A stretch of 64,000 nt of DNA from Rhodoferax sp. UBA6134 (GTDB taxonomy: Bacteria > Pseudomonadota > Gammaproteobacteria > Burkholderiales > Burkholderiaceae_C), in contig DIVK01000060.1 in NCBI GenBank assembly GCA_002422455.1, positions 13,428 to 77,427 of the forward strand, in the 5' to 3' direction. Below are positions 40,505 to 50,777 of the stretch, piece by piece (position 1 is the first letter of the stretch; each line of letters opens with the position of its first letter). The notes under the pieces were generated by a model. It was not told the DNA's origin. It worked only from the letters and a program-made list of their open reading frames with translations, and did not search any database. The position numbers and the translations under genes are program-made.

Positions 40505-41092
40505 TTATTCATCCTTACCGAGAGCGGTGCGGAATTTTTCCAACCGGGCATCGTAGTCGACAGCGTCACCGTAATCCAGAAACTGCTTGTAGCGGGCGTG
40601 TGTGCCCAGAATCTTACGGGCGTGTTTGATTGGGCAAAAATACTGTTCGGTGCGTGCCAGAATCTCGGTCGTGTAGGCCATGAGCCCATTGCCATATTCG
40701 CAGTAGGTGCAGTGGAATTTTTCGATGAAGTTAAGATGGGCAAGGTGACGCCGATCAAACATCATGTAGTTGGCGCGGCGCACCTTGGTCACACCGTAAA
40801 CCGGGAAACTGGTCCATTGGTAGAAGCTGACGCACAGGTCCAGCATCAACAGCGGAAAAATCATGCTGTAAATGATGGGCCCGGTAATCAAGTTTAGCGG
40901 GCGGTTGGTGACCAGCCAGCGGAAGAAATTTTTCTTGAGCTTTCGGTGTTCGGCCATTACCGAAGAATCGAACTCGATGCGTTTGCCCTTGACTTGGAAG
41001 AATATTTTGTTTTCTTGGTCCTTGATGACTGCGTGCAAGTCATCTTCAAGTGCCTCCATTTGGGCCAGTATCCGGGACACTCGTTCGTTCAT
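40505..41092 (-). CDS. Hypothetical membrane protein with CxYC and CPIKH motifs
   Basis: 195-aa ORF, central TM segment, AGGA RBS. Confidence 0.7.
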   Translation of the reverse strand: MNERVSRILAQMEALEDDLHAVIKDQENKIFFQVKGKRIEFDSSVMAEHRKLKKNFFRWLVTNRPLNLITGPIIYSMIFPLLMLDLCVSFYQWTSFPVYGVTKVRRANYMMFDRRHLAHLNFIEKFHCTYCEYGNGLMAYTTEILARTEQYFCPIKHARKILGTHARYKQFLDYGDAVDYDARLEKFRTALGKDE

Positions 41093-41219
41093 GGGGTTCC
41101 TTTGCTGCAGGAGAGCGCTCGCCCGGTGGGGCGAGATGACAAAACGCAGCGGCTTTTTGCTTCAGACCCTGTTGTGGATCAATGTGTTGTGCTGCAGCAC
41201 TGTAGCGTTTGAATTCGAT

Positions 41220-41789
41220 TCAGTACGCGGTGGACTCCATTGCCGGCAGGCTGGCGGTTTCCTGTACATCGGTTGACACACGTCGGGCACCGTCAAAACG
41301 GTGGCTCCAGTACGCCAGCGCCATATCTTCTACCCGCACCTCGGAACCTGGTTTGGGAGAGTGGATGAACTTGCCTTCGCCGATGTAAATGCCAACGTGG
41401 CTGAAGGTGCGCCGCATGGTGTTGAAGAACACCAAGTCACCGGGTCGCAGGTCGGTCCGATCGATTTTTTGCGTGGCAGCAGCTTGCTGTTCCGCTTTGC
41501 GGGGGAGGATCAGGCCCACCGTTTGTTGATACATGGCTCGCACAAAACCGCTGCAATCAAAGCCGGTTTCCACTGTGTTGCCACCGCGCCGGTAGGGCAC
41601 GCCCAGAAAGCCTAGGGCTGTGACGACCAGCTCCGACGCTTTCTCGCTGACGGAGTGTCGCACCTGATCGACTTGCTTCAACAGCCCCTTGTCCGCCAGG
41701 AATTGATCCATGTCATCGGCCGCGCCAGGGGGGAGTGCGTACGCATGGGCAGTAAAAAGAAGGGTGACGAGGATGGCGGAAATTCGCAT
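41220..41789 (-). CDS. NlpC/P60 (C40) cell-wall peptidase
   Basis: GVPYRRGG...GFDCSGFV...GDLVFF...HVGIY...FIHSP. Confidence 0.93.
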   Translation of the reverse strand: MRISAILVTLLFTAHAYALPPGAADDMDQFLADKGLLKQVDQVRHSVSEKASELVVTALGFLGVPYRRGGNTVETGFDCSGFVRAMYQQTVGLILPRKAEQQAAATQKIDRTDLRPGDLVFFNTMRRTFSHVGIYIGEGKFIHSPKPGSEVRVEDMALAYWSHRFDGARRVSTDVQETASLPAMESTAY

Positions 41790-41903
41790 GGCGGCTAGGA
41801 TACTTGCAGTTCAAAGGCGCTGTCAAGCTTCAGACTACGCTGAACAAGTGCCCTCAAAACAGAGCACCCTGTTGTATTGAAGGCTGAAGGCGAGAAACCA
41901 AGA

Positions 41904-42614
41904 TTACCCGAGTACGTCCAGCAGCCGGTCCAGCCCGCCGCTGTTGATCGCCACCATGGCCTGTTCGCGCACCTTCGGTTTGGCGTGGTAAGCCACCGAC
42001 AAGCCTGCTTCGCCCATCATGGGCAGGTCGTTTGCGCCGTCGCCCATGGCAATGGCCTGGCTGGGCTGGATGCCCAGTTGCGCACAGGTTTCGAGCAGCA
42101 TTTTGCGTTTTTCAGCGCCATCGCAAATATCGCCCCACGGCTGGTCAATCATGCGGCCGGTGAGCAAGCCGTTCTGTACGTCCAGCACGTTGGAGCGCAT
42201 GTAGTCGATGCCCAGCCGTTCGCACACGCGGTTGGCAAAAAACGTGAAGCCGCCGGAGACCAGCAGCACTTTCATGCCTACCTTCTTGCAGGCGGCCACC
42301 AGCTCAGCGGCACCGGGGTTGAGCTGCAGGCGCTGTGCATAAACCTCTTCCATGCTGCGCAGGCTGACGCCTTTGAGCAAGGCCACGCGCCGGCGCAGGC
42401 TTTCCTTGAAGTCGGCGATTTCGCCGCGCATGGTGGCCTCGGTGATGGCCGCCACTTGCGGCTTGCGGCCAACGGCATCGGCAATTTCATCCACACATTC
42501 GATATTGATGAGGGTGGAGTCCATGTCGAAGGCGATCAACCTGAAGTCGTGAAGGTTCAGTGGCGGAGTGAAGCCCTGAATGACGAGGCCAGGGGAGAGT
42601 TCAGTGCGTTGCAT
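41904..42614 (-). CDS. serB: Phosphoserine phosphatase
   Basis: FDMDSTLINIECVDE, VSGGF, GDGANDLPM; start set at MQRTELSPG. Confidence 0.93.
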   Translation of the reverse strand: MQRTELSPGLVIQGFTPPLNLHDFRLIAFDMDSTLINIECVDEIADAVGRKPQVAAITEATMRGEIADFKESLRRRVALLKGVSLRSMEEVYAQRLQLNPGAAELVAACKKVGMKVLLVSGGFTFFANRVCERLGIDYMRSNVLDVQNGLLTGRMIDQPWGDICDGAEKRKMLLETCAQLGIQPSQAIAMGDGANDLPMMGEAGLSVAYHAKPKVREQAMVAINSGGLDRLLDVLG

Positions 42615-42740
42615 GGAAATATCTACTATTGTCCTGATGGCTTCTTGTGAATGATTGACATGGGCTGGGTGCTTATTTGATATCCGAAACAAGCCGTTTC
42701 CAGGGGGCGATTTCGGGTTCAGCCCATGTCCGAGCATATG

Positions 42741-45700
42741 TCATACGGTTTCCAGCATCGGCGGCCCGAGGCTCCTGAGCACGTCCCGCACCATCTGCGC
42801 CCGGTCCTTGGCCTGCGGCAACTCGCGCTCGATGCGCAGCTTTTCATTGCCTGCCAGTTTGACGTGCTTGTTTTTCTGGATCATTGCAATGATCTTCATC
42901 GGGTCGATCGGCGGATTTTTCTTGAAGGTGATGATGATCACGCCTGGTGCGGCATCGACCTTGACCACGCCATAGGGTTTGGCCAATAGGCGCAGCCGGT
43001 GCATGTCGATCAGGGTTTGCGCCTGGGCCGGCAGTTTGCCAAAGCGATCGACGATTTCTTCGAGCAGCGTGTCGACCTGGTCCGTACTTTTGGCGGTGGC
43101 GAGTTTTTTGTAGAACGACAGGCGCAAATGCACGTCACCGCAGTAGTCGTCGGGCAGCAGGGCGGGGGCGTGCAGGTTGATGTCGGTGCTCACGTTGAGC
43201 GGACTGAGCAGATCGGGTTCGATACCGGCCTTGAGACAGCGCACCGCCTCACTCAGCATCTCGTTGTAGAGCTGAAAGCCCACTTCGAGCATGTTGCCGC
43301 TCTGGTTTTCGCCCAGCACCTCGCCGGCACCCCGAATCTCCAGGTCGTGCATGGCGAGGTAAAAACCGCTGCCCAATTCTTCCATTTGCTGAATCGCGTC
43401 GAGTCGTTGGCTGGCCTGTTTGGTCAGCCCTTCCAGATCGGGCACCATCAGATAGGCATAAGCTTGGTGGTGGCTGCGGCCGACGCGGCCGCGCAACTGG
43501 TGCAACTGCGCCAGGCCAAACTTGTCGGCACGGCTCATGACGATGGTATTGGCGCTGGGAACGTCGATACCGGTCTCGATGATGGTGGAGCACAGCAGCA
43601 GGTTGAAGCGCTGCGCCACAAAGTCGCGCATCACGGCCTCCAACTGACGTTCGGGCATCTGTCCGTGGGCCACGGCGATGCGGGCTTCGGGCAGCAGTTC
43701 TTCCAGCCGGGCGCGCCGGTTCTCGATGGTGTCGACTTCGTTGTGCAAGAAGTACACCTGGCCGCCGCGTTTGAGTTCGCGCAGTACGGCCTCGCGGATG
43801 ACGCCGTTGCCTTCGGTGCGGACAAAGGTTTTGATGGCCAGACGGCGTTGCGGCGCGGTGGCGATTACGCTCAGGTCGCGCAGGCCTTCGAGCGCCATGC
43901 CCAAGGTACGGGGAATGGGGGTGGCGGTGAGCGTGAGCACGTCGACTTCGGCGCGTAGAGCCTTCATTTGCTCCTTGTGGCGCACGCCGAAGCGGTGCTC
44001 CTCGTCGATGATGAGCAGGCCCAGATCCTTGAATTTGGTGGACTCGCTCAGCAGCTTGTGGGTGCCGACCACGATGTCGATGGTGCCGTCGGCCAGGCCC
44101 TTCATGGCGGCGGTGATTTCCTTGGCGGAGCGAAAGCGGCTCATTTCCGCCACTTTGACTGGCCATTTGCTGAAGCGGTCGACCAGCGTCTGGTAGTGCT
44201 GTTCGGCCAGCAGTGTGGTGGGTGCCAGAAACGCCACCTGTTTGCCGCCCGTGACGGCGATGAAGGCGGCGCGCAGCGCCACCTCGGTCTTGCCAAAACC
44301 GACATCGCCGCAAATCAGGCGGTCCATCGGGCGCGGGCTGATCATGTCCTGAATCACGGCGTGGATGGCGGCATTCTGGTCGGCCGTTTCCTCAAAGCCG
44401 AAGTCGTTGGCAAAGGTCTCGTAGTCGCCCGGCGAATAGCGAAAGGCGTGGCCTTCGCGCGCGGCGCGGCGGGCGTAGATGTTGAGCAGTTCAGCAGCGG
44501 CGTCACGCACCTGTTCGGCGGCCTTGCGTTTGGCTTTTTCCCACACGCCGGAGCCCAGGCGGTGCAGCGGCGCTTCGTCGGCGCTGACGCCGGTGTAGCG
44601 GCTGATGAGTTGCAGCTGGCTGACCGGCACATACAGCGTGGCCTTGTCGGCGTATTCGAGGTGCAGGAACTCCTGCAGCTCGGGCTCGCCATTGGCTTGT
44701 CTGTTGCCCAGATCAAGGTGGATCAAGCCCCGGTAGCGGCCAATGCCGTGTGACGAATGGACCACGGGGTCGCCTACATTGAGCTCACTCAGGTCCTTGA
44801 TCAGCGCTTCCACGTCGCTGATCTGCTCCTGTTTTTTACGGCGGCGGGTGGTGGGAGCGGCGGCAAAGAGCTCGGTTTCGGTCACGAAATCGATGCCTGC
44901 TGCCAGCCAGGAAAAGCCGGTGCTCAGGCTGGAGGTGGCAATGCCAACTTTCTCATCGCTGGCCTGGAATTCGGCGAGGGAATCGAAGGAGGGCGGGCTC
45001 AGGTGGCTGGCGTGCAGAAAGTCCAGCAGGCTGGTCTTGCGACCTTCGCTCTCGGCCAGCACCAGTATGCGCTGTTTCGTCTGGCGAATGTGCTCTTTCA
45101 GCCGTGTCAGCGGGTCGTCGGCACCGCGCACCGCGGTGAGGGGGGGAAGGGTGTCGAAGTCGGCATAGTCCGTTCGCCCTGAGCTTGTCGAAGGGCTTGC
45201 CGGAGCCTCGACCCCTTCGACAGTGCTCAGGACAGGCGGCTCAGCCCGAACGAATTTGATCGCCAACTGTGCATGCTGGTTGACCCGGGCATAAAACTGC
45301 TCAATGCCCAGGAACAGCGATTCTGGTGGCAGCACGGGCCGCTCGGGGTCGCCCTGCACCAGGCGATGGCGCTCTTTGGTGTCTTGCCAGAAATGCTGGA
45401 ACGCGGGCTCTAGGTCGCCATGCAACACCACTGTCGCATCGGCGCCCAGGTAGTCAAACACGGTGGCGGTTTCTTCAAAGAACAGCGGCAGGTAGTACTC
45501 GATGCCGGCCGTGGCCACGCCATTGCCCATGTCTTTGTAGATGCGGCTTTTGGTCGGATCGCCTTCCAGAAACTCGCGCCAGCGGCTGCGAAAGCGCGCG
45601 CGCGCGTCGTCGTCCATCGGGAATTCGCGTCCCGGCAGCAGGCGCACCTCGGGTACCGGGTACAGGCTGCGCTGGCTGTCGGGATCGAAGGTGCGGATGC

Positions 45701-46280
45701 TGTCGATTTCGTCATCAAACAGGTCGACGCGATAGGGCATGGTGCTGCCCATGGGGAACAGGTCAATCAGCCCACCGCGCACTGCGTATTCACCGGGGCT
45801 GACCACTTGCGTCACGTGGCTGTAGCCGGCCAGGGTCAACTGGGCCTTGAGCCGGGCTTCGTCCAGTTTTTGCCTGACCTTGAAGTGAAAGGTGTAACCG
45901 GCCAGAAAACCAGGCGGCGCCAGCCGGTATAGAGCAGTGGTGGCGGGTACGATGACGACGTCGGCGCCGGTTTCACGGTCGCGCTGGCTGATGCGCCAGA
46001 GCGTGGCCAGCCGCTCGCTGATCAGGTCCTGGTGCGGTGAAAACGTGTCGTAGGGCAGGGTTTCCCAGTCGGGAAACAGCGCACAGCGCAAGTCGGGGGC
46101 GAAGAAGGCAATTTCATCGAGCAGGCGCTGCGCATCCGTGGCGTCGGCGGTGACGATGGCTGTCAGCTTGTGGCTGGCCTTTTCACGCTGCCCCAGCCGG
46201 GCGAGCAGCAGCGCATCGGCGGAGCCTGTTGGTCGCGGCAGGGTATAGCGTTTGCCGGGGTGCAGTTTGGGTAAATCCAT
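42741..46280 (-). CDS. mfd: Transcription-repair coupling factor
   Basis: PDWETLPYD, GDVGFGKTE, DEEHRFG, TATPIPRT, HQLRGRVGR; start set at MDLPKL. Confidence 0.98.
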   Translation of the reverse strand: MDLPKLHPGKRYTLPRPTGSADALLLARLGQREKASHKLTAIVTADATDAQRLLDEIAFFAPDLRCALFPDWETLPYDTFSPHQDLISERLATLWRISQRDRETGADVVIVPATTALYRLAPPGFLAGYTFHFKVRQKLDEARLKAQLTLAGYSHVTQVVSPGEYAVRGGLIDLFPMGSTMPYRVDLFDDEIDSIRTFDPDSQRSLYPVPEVRLLPGREFPMDDDARARFRSRWREFLEGDPTKSRIYKDMGNGVATAGIEYYLPLFFEETATVFDYLGADATVVLHGDLEPAFQHFWQDTKERHRLVQGDPERPVLPPESLFLGIEQFYARVNQHAQLAIKFVRAEPPVLSTVEGVEAPASPSTSSGRTDYADFDTLPPLTAVRGADDPLTRLKEHIRQTKQRILVLAESEGRKTSLLDFLHASHLSPPSFDSLAEFQASDEKVGIATSSLSTGFSWLAAGIDFVTETELFAAAPTTRRRKKQEQISDVEALIKDLSELNVGDPVVHSSHGIGRYRGLIHLDLGNRQANGEPELQEFLHLEYADKATLYVPVSQLQLISRYTGVSADEAPLHRLGSGVWEKAKRKAAEQVRDAAAELLNIYARRAAREGHAFRYSPGDYETFANDFGFEETADQNAAIHAVIQDMISPRPMDRLICGDVGFGKTEVALRAAFIAVTGGKQVAFLAPTTLLAEQHYQTLVDRFSKWPVKVAEMSRFRSAKEITAAMKGLADGTIDIVVGTHKLLSESTKFKDLGLLIIDEEHRFGVRHKEQMKALRAEVDVLTLTATPIPRTLGMALEGLRDLSVIATAPQRRLAIKTFVRTEGNGVIREAVLRELKRGGQVYFLHNEVDTIENRRARLEELLPEARIAVAHGQMPERQLEAVMRDFVAQRFNLLLCSTIIETGIDVPSANTIVMSRADKFGLAQLHQLRGRVGRSHHQAYAYLMVPDLEGLTKQASQRLDAIQQMEELGSGFYLAMHDLEIRGAGEVLGENQSGNMLEVGFQLYNEMLSEAVRCLKAGIEPDLLSPLNVSTDINLHAPALLPDDYCGDVHLRLSFYKKLATAKSTDQVDTLLEEIVDRFGKLPAQAQTLIDMHRLRLLAKPYGVVKVDAAPGVIIITFKKNPPIDPMKIIAMIQKNKHVKLAGNEKLRIERELPQAKDRAQMVRDVLRSLGPPMLETV
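45170..45252. repeat. Family A palindromic element inserted in frame in mfd, with an extra nested half-unit
   Basis: ccgttcgccctgagcttgtcgaagggc...cccttcgacagtgctcaggacagg-cggctcagcccgaacg; encodes VRAEPPVLSTVEGVEAPASPSTSSGRT. Confidence 0.9.
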
Positions 46281-46405
46281 GAATCGCCTGGTAAACAACG
46301 CATGCGGGTGCGTTGAGTTTGAACATACAAATACAAAACACCCCACGCGGTGAGGCGGGGGGTGTTGGACGGTCGTTGCAGCCATTTTAGAATGGGGCCA
46401 CACCC

Positions 46406-47182
46406 ATGATTGACCTGTTCCAACAAAATTCCGCCACCGGGATCCCTGACGATGCCCGTTTCTGGGCCTTGATTCCTTGCGCCGGCACCGGCGCACGTTC
46501 GGGCGCGCACGGTCCCAAACAGTATCAGTTGCTGGCCGGCCAGCCCATGGTGCTGCACACGCTGGCCGCCTTTGCCGGTGTCGCCCGGATTACCCGCACC
46601 GCCGTCGTGGTGGCCGCTGGTGATGATTTTTTCGAAGCCCGAAATGCAGCGTGTTTGGTAGCTTCGTGCGGTGGAGCTACGAGGGCTGCCAGCGTTTTCA
46701 ATGGCCTTGAATTTTTGCTGCAACAGGGAGCCATGCCGCAGGATTGGGTCCTGGTACATGACGCGGCACGTTGTCTGGTCACGCCCGGCCAGATTGACGC
46801 CCTGATCGATGCCTGCGTGGCGGACGACGTTGGGGGGCTGCTGGCCCACAAACTGCCCGACACGCTGAAAAGCGAAGCCGGGGGCCGGGTGGCGGCTACC
46901 CTGGATCGCTGCGACAAATGGCTGGCCCAGACGCCGCAGATGTTTCGCATTGGCAGGCTGATGGACGCCTTGCAGCAAGCGGGGGGCAAGGTAACGGATG
47001 AGTCGAGTGCGATGGAGGCCATGGGTTTGCATCCTCTGCTGGTGCCGGGCAGCGCGCAGAATTTCAAGGTGACCTACCCCGAAGATTTTGCGCTGGCCGA
47101 TGCGCTGTTGAACGCACGCTCCGGCGGTTCATTTCCGGCCTTAAGCTCGCATGACAGCCCTGGAAAAACACAGGGTTTTTAA
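46406..47182 (+). CDS. ispD: 2-C-methyl-D-erythritol 4-phosphate cytidylyltransferase
   Basis: [46 protein letters not shown]. Confidence 0.96.
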   Translation: MIDLFQQNSATGIPDDARFWALIPCAGTGARSGAHGPKQYQLLAGQPMVLHTLAAFAGVARITRTAVVVAAGDDFFEARNAACLVASCGGATRAASVFNGLEFLLQQGAMPQDWVLVHDAARCLVTPGQIDALIDACVADDVGGLLAHKLPDTLKSEAGGRVAATLDRCDKWLAQTPQMFRIGRLMDALQQAGGKVTDESSAMEAMGLHPLLVPGSAQNFKVTYPEDFALADALLNARSGGSFPALSSHDSPGKTQGF

Positions 47183-47199
47183 CAAAAAAGGCGAATGAA

Positions 47200-47697
47200 A
47201 TGAATTTCAGAATCGGTGAAGGCTGGGACGTGCATGCCCTGGTGGCCGGGCGAAAGCTCATCATCGGGGGCGTGGAAGTTCCCTTTCATTTGGGGCTGCT
47301 CGGTCATTCCGATGCTGACGTGCTGCTGCACGCCATCACCGACGCCTTGCTGGGCGCTGCCGCGCTGGGCGATATCGGCACACATTTTCCGGACAACGAC
47401 ACACGCTTCGCGGACGCAGATTCGCTGCTGCTGTTGAGCGAGGCGGCCCGCCGTGTGCGGGAAAAAGGTTTTGAAATCGGCAACGTGGACAGCACCGTGA
47501 TCGCGCAGGCGCCCAAACTGATGCCCTTCATCCCGGTCATGCGCGAGCGGATCGCGCTGGCGCTGACGCTGCCGGTGGAACAGGTCAACGTCAAGGCCAA
47601 AACGGCAGAAAAAATGGGCCCGGTCGGTCTGGGCCAGGCGATGCAGGCCCGGGCAGTGGTATTGCTGTGTCACGCGCCAATCCGTACGCTGTCATAA
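47200..47697 (+). CDS. ispF: 2-C-methyl-D-erythritol 2,4-cyclodiphosphate synthase
   Basis: [36 protein letters not shown]. Confidence 0.97.
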   Translation: MNFRIGEGWDVHALVAGRKLIIGGVEVPFHLGLLGHSDADVLLHAITDALLGAAALGDIGTHFPDNDTRFADADSLLLLSEAARRVREKGFEIGNVDSTVIAQAPKLMPFIPVMRERIALALTLPVEQVNVKAKTAEKMGPVGLGQAMQARAVVLLCHAPIRTLS

Positions 47698-47865
47698 TGC
47701 AGACATAAAAAATCCGGGGTCGGTCGGAGCCGCGGTTTTTGCATGTCTGCGCCGCGCAATCATCGGGGTACAGAGCAGATTCCCGCTTCCGGTTCACCTC
47801 ATACATCGTTGGAATACCGAGGATTTCATCCATTCCGGGATCCTTGGTCAAATTGAGTTCTTCGC

Positions 47866-49560
47866 ATGCGCACCAATCTGCCTGTTACCCAGCATGAATA
47901 CCCCTTTCCATCGGGCCGGATGGTGGTTTCAACCACTGACCTGAAGGGGCGCATCACGCACTGCAACGAGGTTTTCATTGAGCTCAGCGGCTATACCAAG
48001 GAAGAGTTGCTGGGTCAGCCGCACAATCTGGTGCGCCACCCTGACGTGCCCGAGGAGGCTTTTCGTGACCTGTGGGACACCCTGGAGCAGGGAATGCCCT
48101 GGACCGGGGTGGTGAAAAACCGCCGCAAGAATGGCGATCACTATTGGGTGGTGGCCAACGTCACGCCGGTGATGGAGGGTGACCGACCGGTGGCCTATCT
48201 GTCGGTGCGTACCGAGCCCACCCGTGAGCAGATTCAGACCTTCGAGGGCTTGTTTGCGCTCATGCGCGCTGAACAACAGGCCGGCAAACTGGTACATCGC
48301 CTGCACCACGGTGCGTTGCACAAGCATACCTTGCGCGGGCGCATCGGCCGTGCATTGAGTCTGGGCGTCGATGCCCGGATCACCGCATTGGTCATGCTGA
48401 TCGGTGGCGTGGGGACGGCGGCAGGCATCCTGGCCGCCGGTGGATTGGCGGCGGTGTCGGGTACTGCTTTGGTCAGCGCGTTGGCGCTTGTGATGGGCGC
48501 GAGCCTGCTCGGTGCCTGGCGTCTGCGCGCCATGACGACCCAGCCGCTGCAGCACTTGCTGAATTTTGCCAACCGCATGGCGGCGGGTGATTTGACCAAG
48601 GTTCTTGACGGCCAGCACGGCGGGGTGATGGGCCGTCTGGAGCGTGCGCTCAACCAGCTCAATGTGAATATCCGCTCCATTGTGAGTGATGCCCGCACCG
48701 AAGTGGTTCGCATGGGGGGCGCGACGGGCAACATTGCAGAAGGCAGTGGCGACTTGTCGGCACGCACCGATGCGCAGGCAGCCAGTCTGGAGCAGACTGC
48801 GGCTTCCATCGAGCAGATCACCGGCAATGTGCAGCAGACCGCCGAGGCGGCCCGGCAGGCGGCCCAGCTCGCCGCGCAATCGGCCCAGGTGACTGAGCGC
48901 AGTGGCCAGGCTGTGCAGGCGGTGACGCAGACCATGCAGGCCATCAATGAATCATCGAGCCGCATTGGCGAAATCATCCAGGTGATTGACGGCATTGCCT
49001 TTCAGACCAACATCCTGGCGCTCAATGCGGCAGTGGAAGCGGCACGTGCGGGCGAGCAGGGGCGCGGCTTTGCGGTGGTGGCCAGCGAGGTGCGCAGCCT
49101 GGCCGGACGTTCGGCGGCTGCAGCCAAAGAAATCAAGCAGCTGATCCAGGATTCGGCTGACAAGGTGGAGGCGGGCACCCGTCTGACTGACGACGCACGT
49201 GCCACGATGGAAGGAGCGGTGGATACAGCGCGCAAGGTTAGTTCCCTCATTGCAGGAATCCATACCACCACCACCGAGCAAAGTGGCGGTATCACGCAGA
49301 TCAATGAGGCGCTGGCGCACCTCGATACCCTGACGCAGCAAAACTCCGCACTGGTGCATGATCTGGCCCACTCGGCCACGGCGCTGGACCTTCAATCTCG
49401 CGCTGTGGCGGATTCAATGCGCGTCTTCCGTCTGAGCCAGACTGATGCGGTAGACAGCCTCGACGCTGTGGCGCTGCGCCGCCAGATGAAACGAGCGAGC
49501 CCGGTGGCCGCAGCCGTGACGCCGACGATCGGGAGAAAACCATTGCGATTGCCGGCGTGA
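47866..49560 (+). CDS. aer: Aer-like PAS methyl-accepting chemotaxis protein
   Basis: [11 protein letters not shown]...[10 protein letters not shown]...HNLVRHPD...[12 protein letters not shown]; [20 protein letters not shown]. Confidence 0.88.
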   Translation: MRTNLPVTQHEYPFPSGRMVVSTTDLKGRITHCNEVFIELSGYTKEELLGQPHNLVRHPDVPEEAFRDLWDTLEQGMPWTGVVKNRRKNGDHYWVVANVTPVMEGDRPVAYLSVRTEPTREQIQTFEGLFALMRAEQQAGKLVHRLHHGALHKHTLRGRIGRALSLGVDARITALVMLIGGVGTAAGILAAGGLAAVSGTALVSALALVMGASLLGAWRLRAMTTQPLQHLLNFANRMAAGDLTKVLDGQHGGVMGRLERALNQLNVNIRSIVSDARTEVVRMGGATGNIAEGSGDLSARTDAQAASLEQTAASIEQITGNVQQTAEAARQAAQLAAQSAQVTERSGQAVQAVTQTMQAINESSSRIGEIIQVIDGIAFQTNILALNAAVEAARAGEQGRGFAVVASEVRSLAGRSAAAAKEIKQLIQDSADKVEAGTRLTDDARATMEGAVDTARKVSSLIAGIHTTTTEQSGGITQINEALAHLDTLTQQNSALVHDLAHSATALDLQSRAVADSMRVFRLSQTDAVDSLDAVALRRQMKRASPVAAAVTPTIGRKPLRLPA

Positions 49561-49616
49561 GTGAAGTACCGCTGGTTGCGGGCTCGCTGGCGTGAAGCGT
49601 TTTTGCTGGAATCCAT

Positions 49617-50651
49617 TTGAAACATCCTGTGACCGACCTGCAACTCCCGCTGGGTTTTGATGCCGTTGACTTGCCTGCTGCGCGGGAGGTACGGTCCAAA
49701 ACCCGAGCCAGACCGCGACGGGTTTTGGCGCCAGAGTCCGATGCCGTCCGGGATGTTGAAGCCATGGCGGCCCTGCTCGCGTGCCATCCCGACTATCGGG
49801 TTCTGCGCCGCCTGGTTCCCGTGCGGCATTTTGAACGCATGCCGCAGGGGCCGGTCATGCGGGTTCTGCTGCTCGATACGGAGACCACCGGCCTGGATCA
49901 TGTCCGCGACAGCATCATTGAGCTGGCCATGTTGCGGGTTGATGTCGATACCGCGACGGGCTTGCCGGTGGGCGAGGTCGCGGTCTTCGATGGCCTCGAA
50001 GACCCCGGCGTGCCCATTTCCAGTGAAATTCAGGCCATAACCGGCATTTCCAGCGCGATGGTTCAGGGGCAGCGCCTGGACGAGGTGCGCATTGCCGCCA
50101 TGCTGGAAGACGTTGCGCTGGTGATTGCCCATAACGCCGGCTTTGACCGTCCTTTTTGCGAAGCGCGGGTACCGGCGTTTGCGCAATTGCCCTGGGGCTG
50201 TTCATTCGCCGATATTGACTGGAAGCGGGAGGGTCACGGCTCTTCCAAACTGGAATACCTGGCCATGGAGAAGGGCTGGTTTTATGAGGCCCACCGCGCC
50301 GAGGTGGACTGCCACGCACTGCTGGCCGTGTTGGGCGAGGCCTTGCCCATCTCCAGCCAGAGCGGGCTGGCAAAAATCATCGCGGCCAGCAGCCAGCCCA
50401 GCTACCGGTTGCAGGCAAGCGGTGCGCCTTTTGAAGCCAAGGATCTGCTCAAGGCCCGGGCGTACCGCTGGAATGCGGAACAAAAAGTGTGGCACACCCG
50501 ACTGGCAGATGAAATTCAATTGGCAGCGGAATTTGAATGGCTCAAACAGGCCGTCTACGCTGGTCGCCCGGCCCGTGTTCAACTGGAAAAACTGGATGCC
50601 GGTGTGAAGTACTCAAACCGCATCGGGGAATTGTCGATTCGCCAGATTTGA
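49617..50651 (+). CDS. DEDDh 3'-5' exonuclease (DnaQ-like); start uncertain
   Basis: LLDTETTG, AHNAGFDR, HRAEVDC. Confidence 0.85.
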   Translation: MKHPVTDLQLPLGFDAVDLPAAREVRSKTRARPRRVLAPESDAVRDVEAMAALLACHPDYRVLRRLVPVRHFERMPQGPVMRVLLLDTETTGLDHVRDSIIELAMLRVDVDTATGLPVGEVAVFDGLEDPGVPISSEIQAITGISSAMVQGQRLDEVRIAAMLEDVALVIAHNAGFDRPFCEARVPAFAQLPWGCSFADIDWKREGHGSSKLEYLAMEKGWFYEAHRAEVDCHALLAVLGEALPISSQSGLAKIIAASSQPSYRLQASGAPFEAKDLLKARAYRWNAEQKVWHTRLADEIQLAAEFEWLKQAVYAGRPARVQLEKLDAGVKYSNRIGELSIRQI

Positions 50652-50777
50652 CGGACGGGCGGGTTAGAATTCCAGTCGTGCATGCCGTTGCGGCTTGCGG
50701 TTTTCTGTTCTCCCTGGGCTTGCTTGGGCCGTCGGCCAAGAGGTTCACCAGGCAGGCTGAAGCGCCCAAGGATGTTG

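Noticed and set aside
38172-41219. Prophage or ICE at tRNA-Pro
   Set aside because: No integrase, phage or conjugation genes, and no att duplication seen
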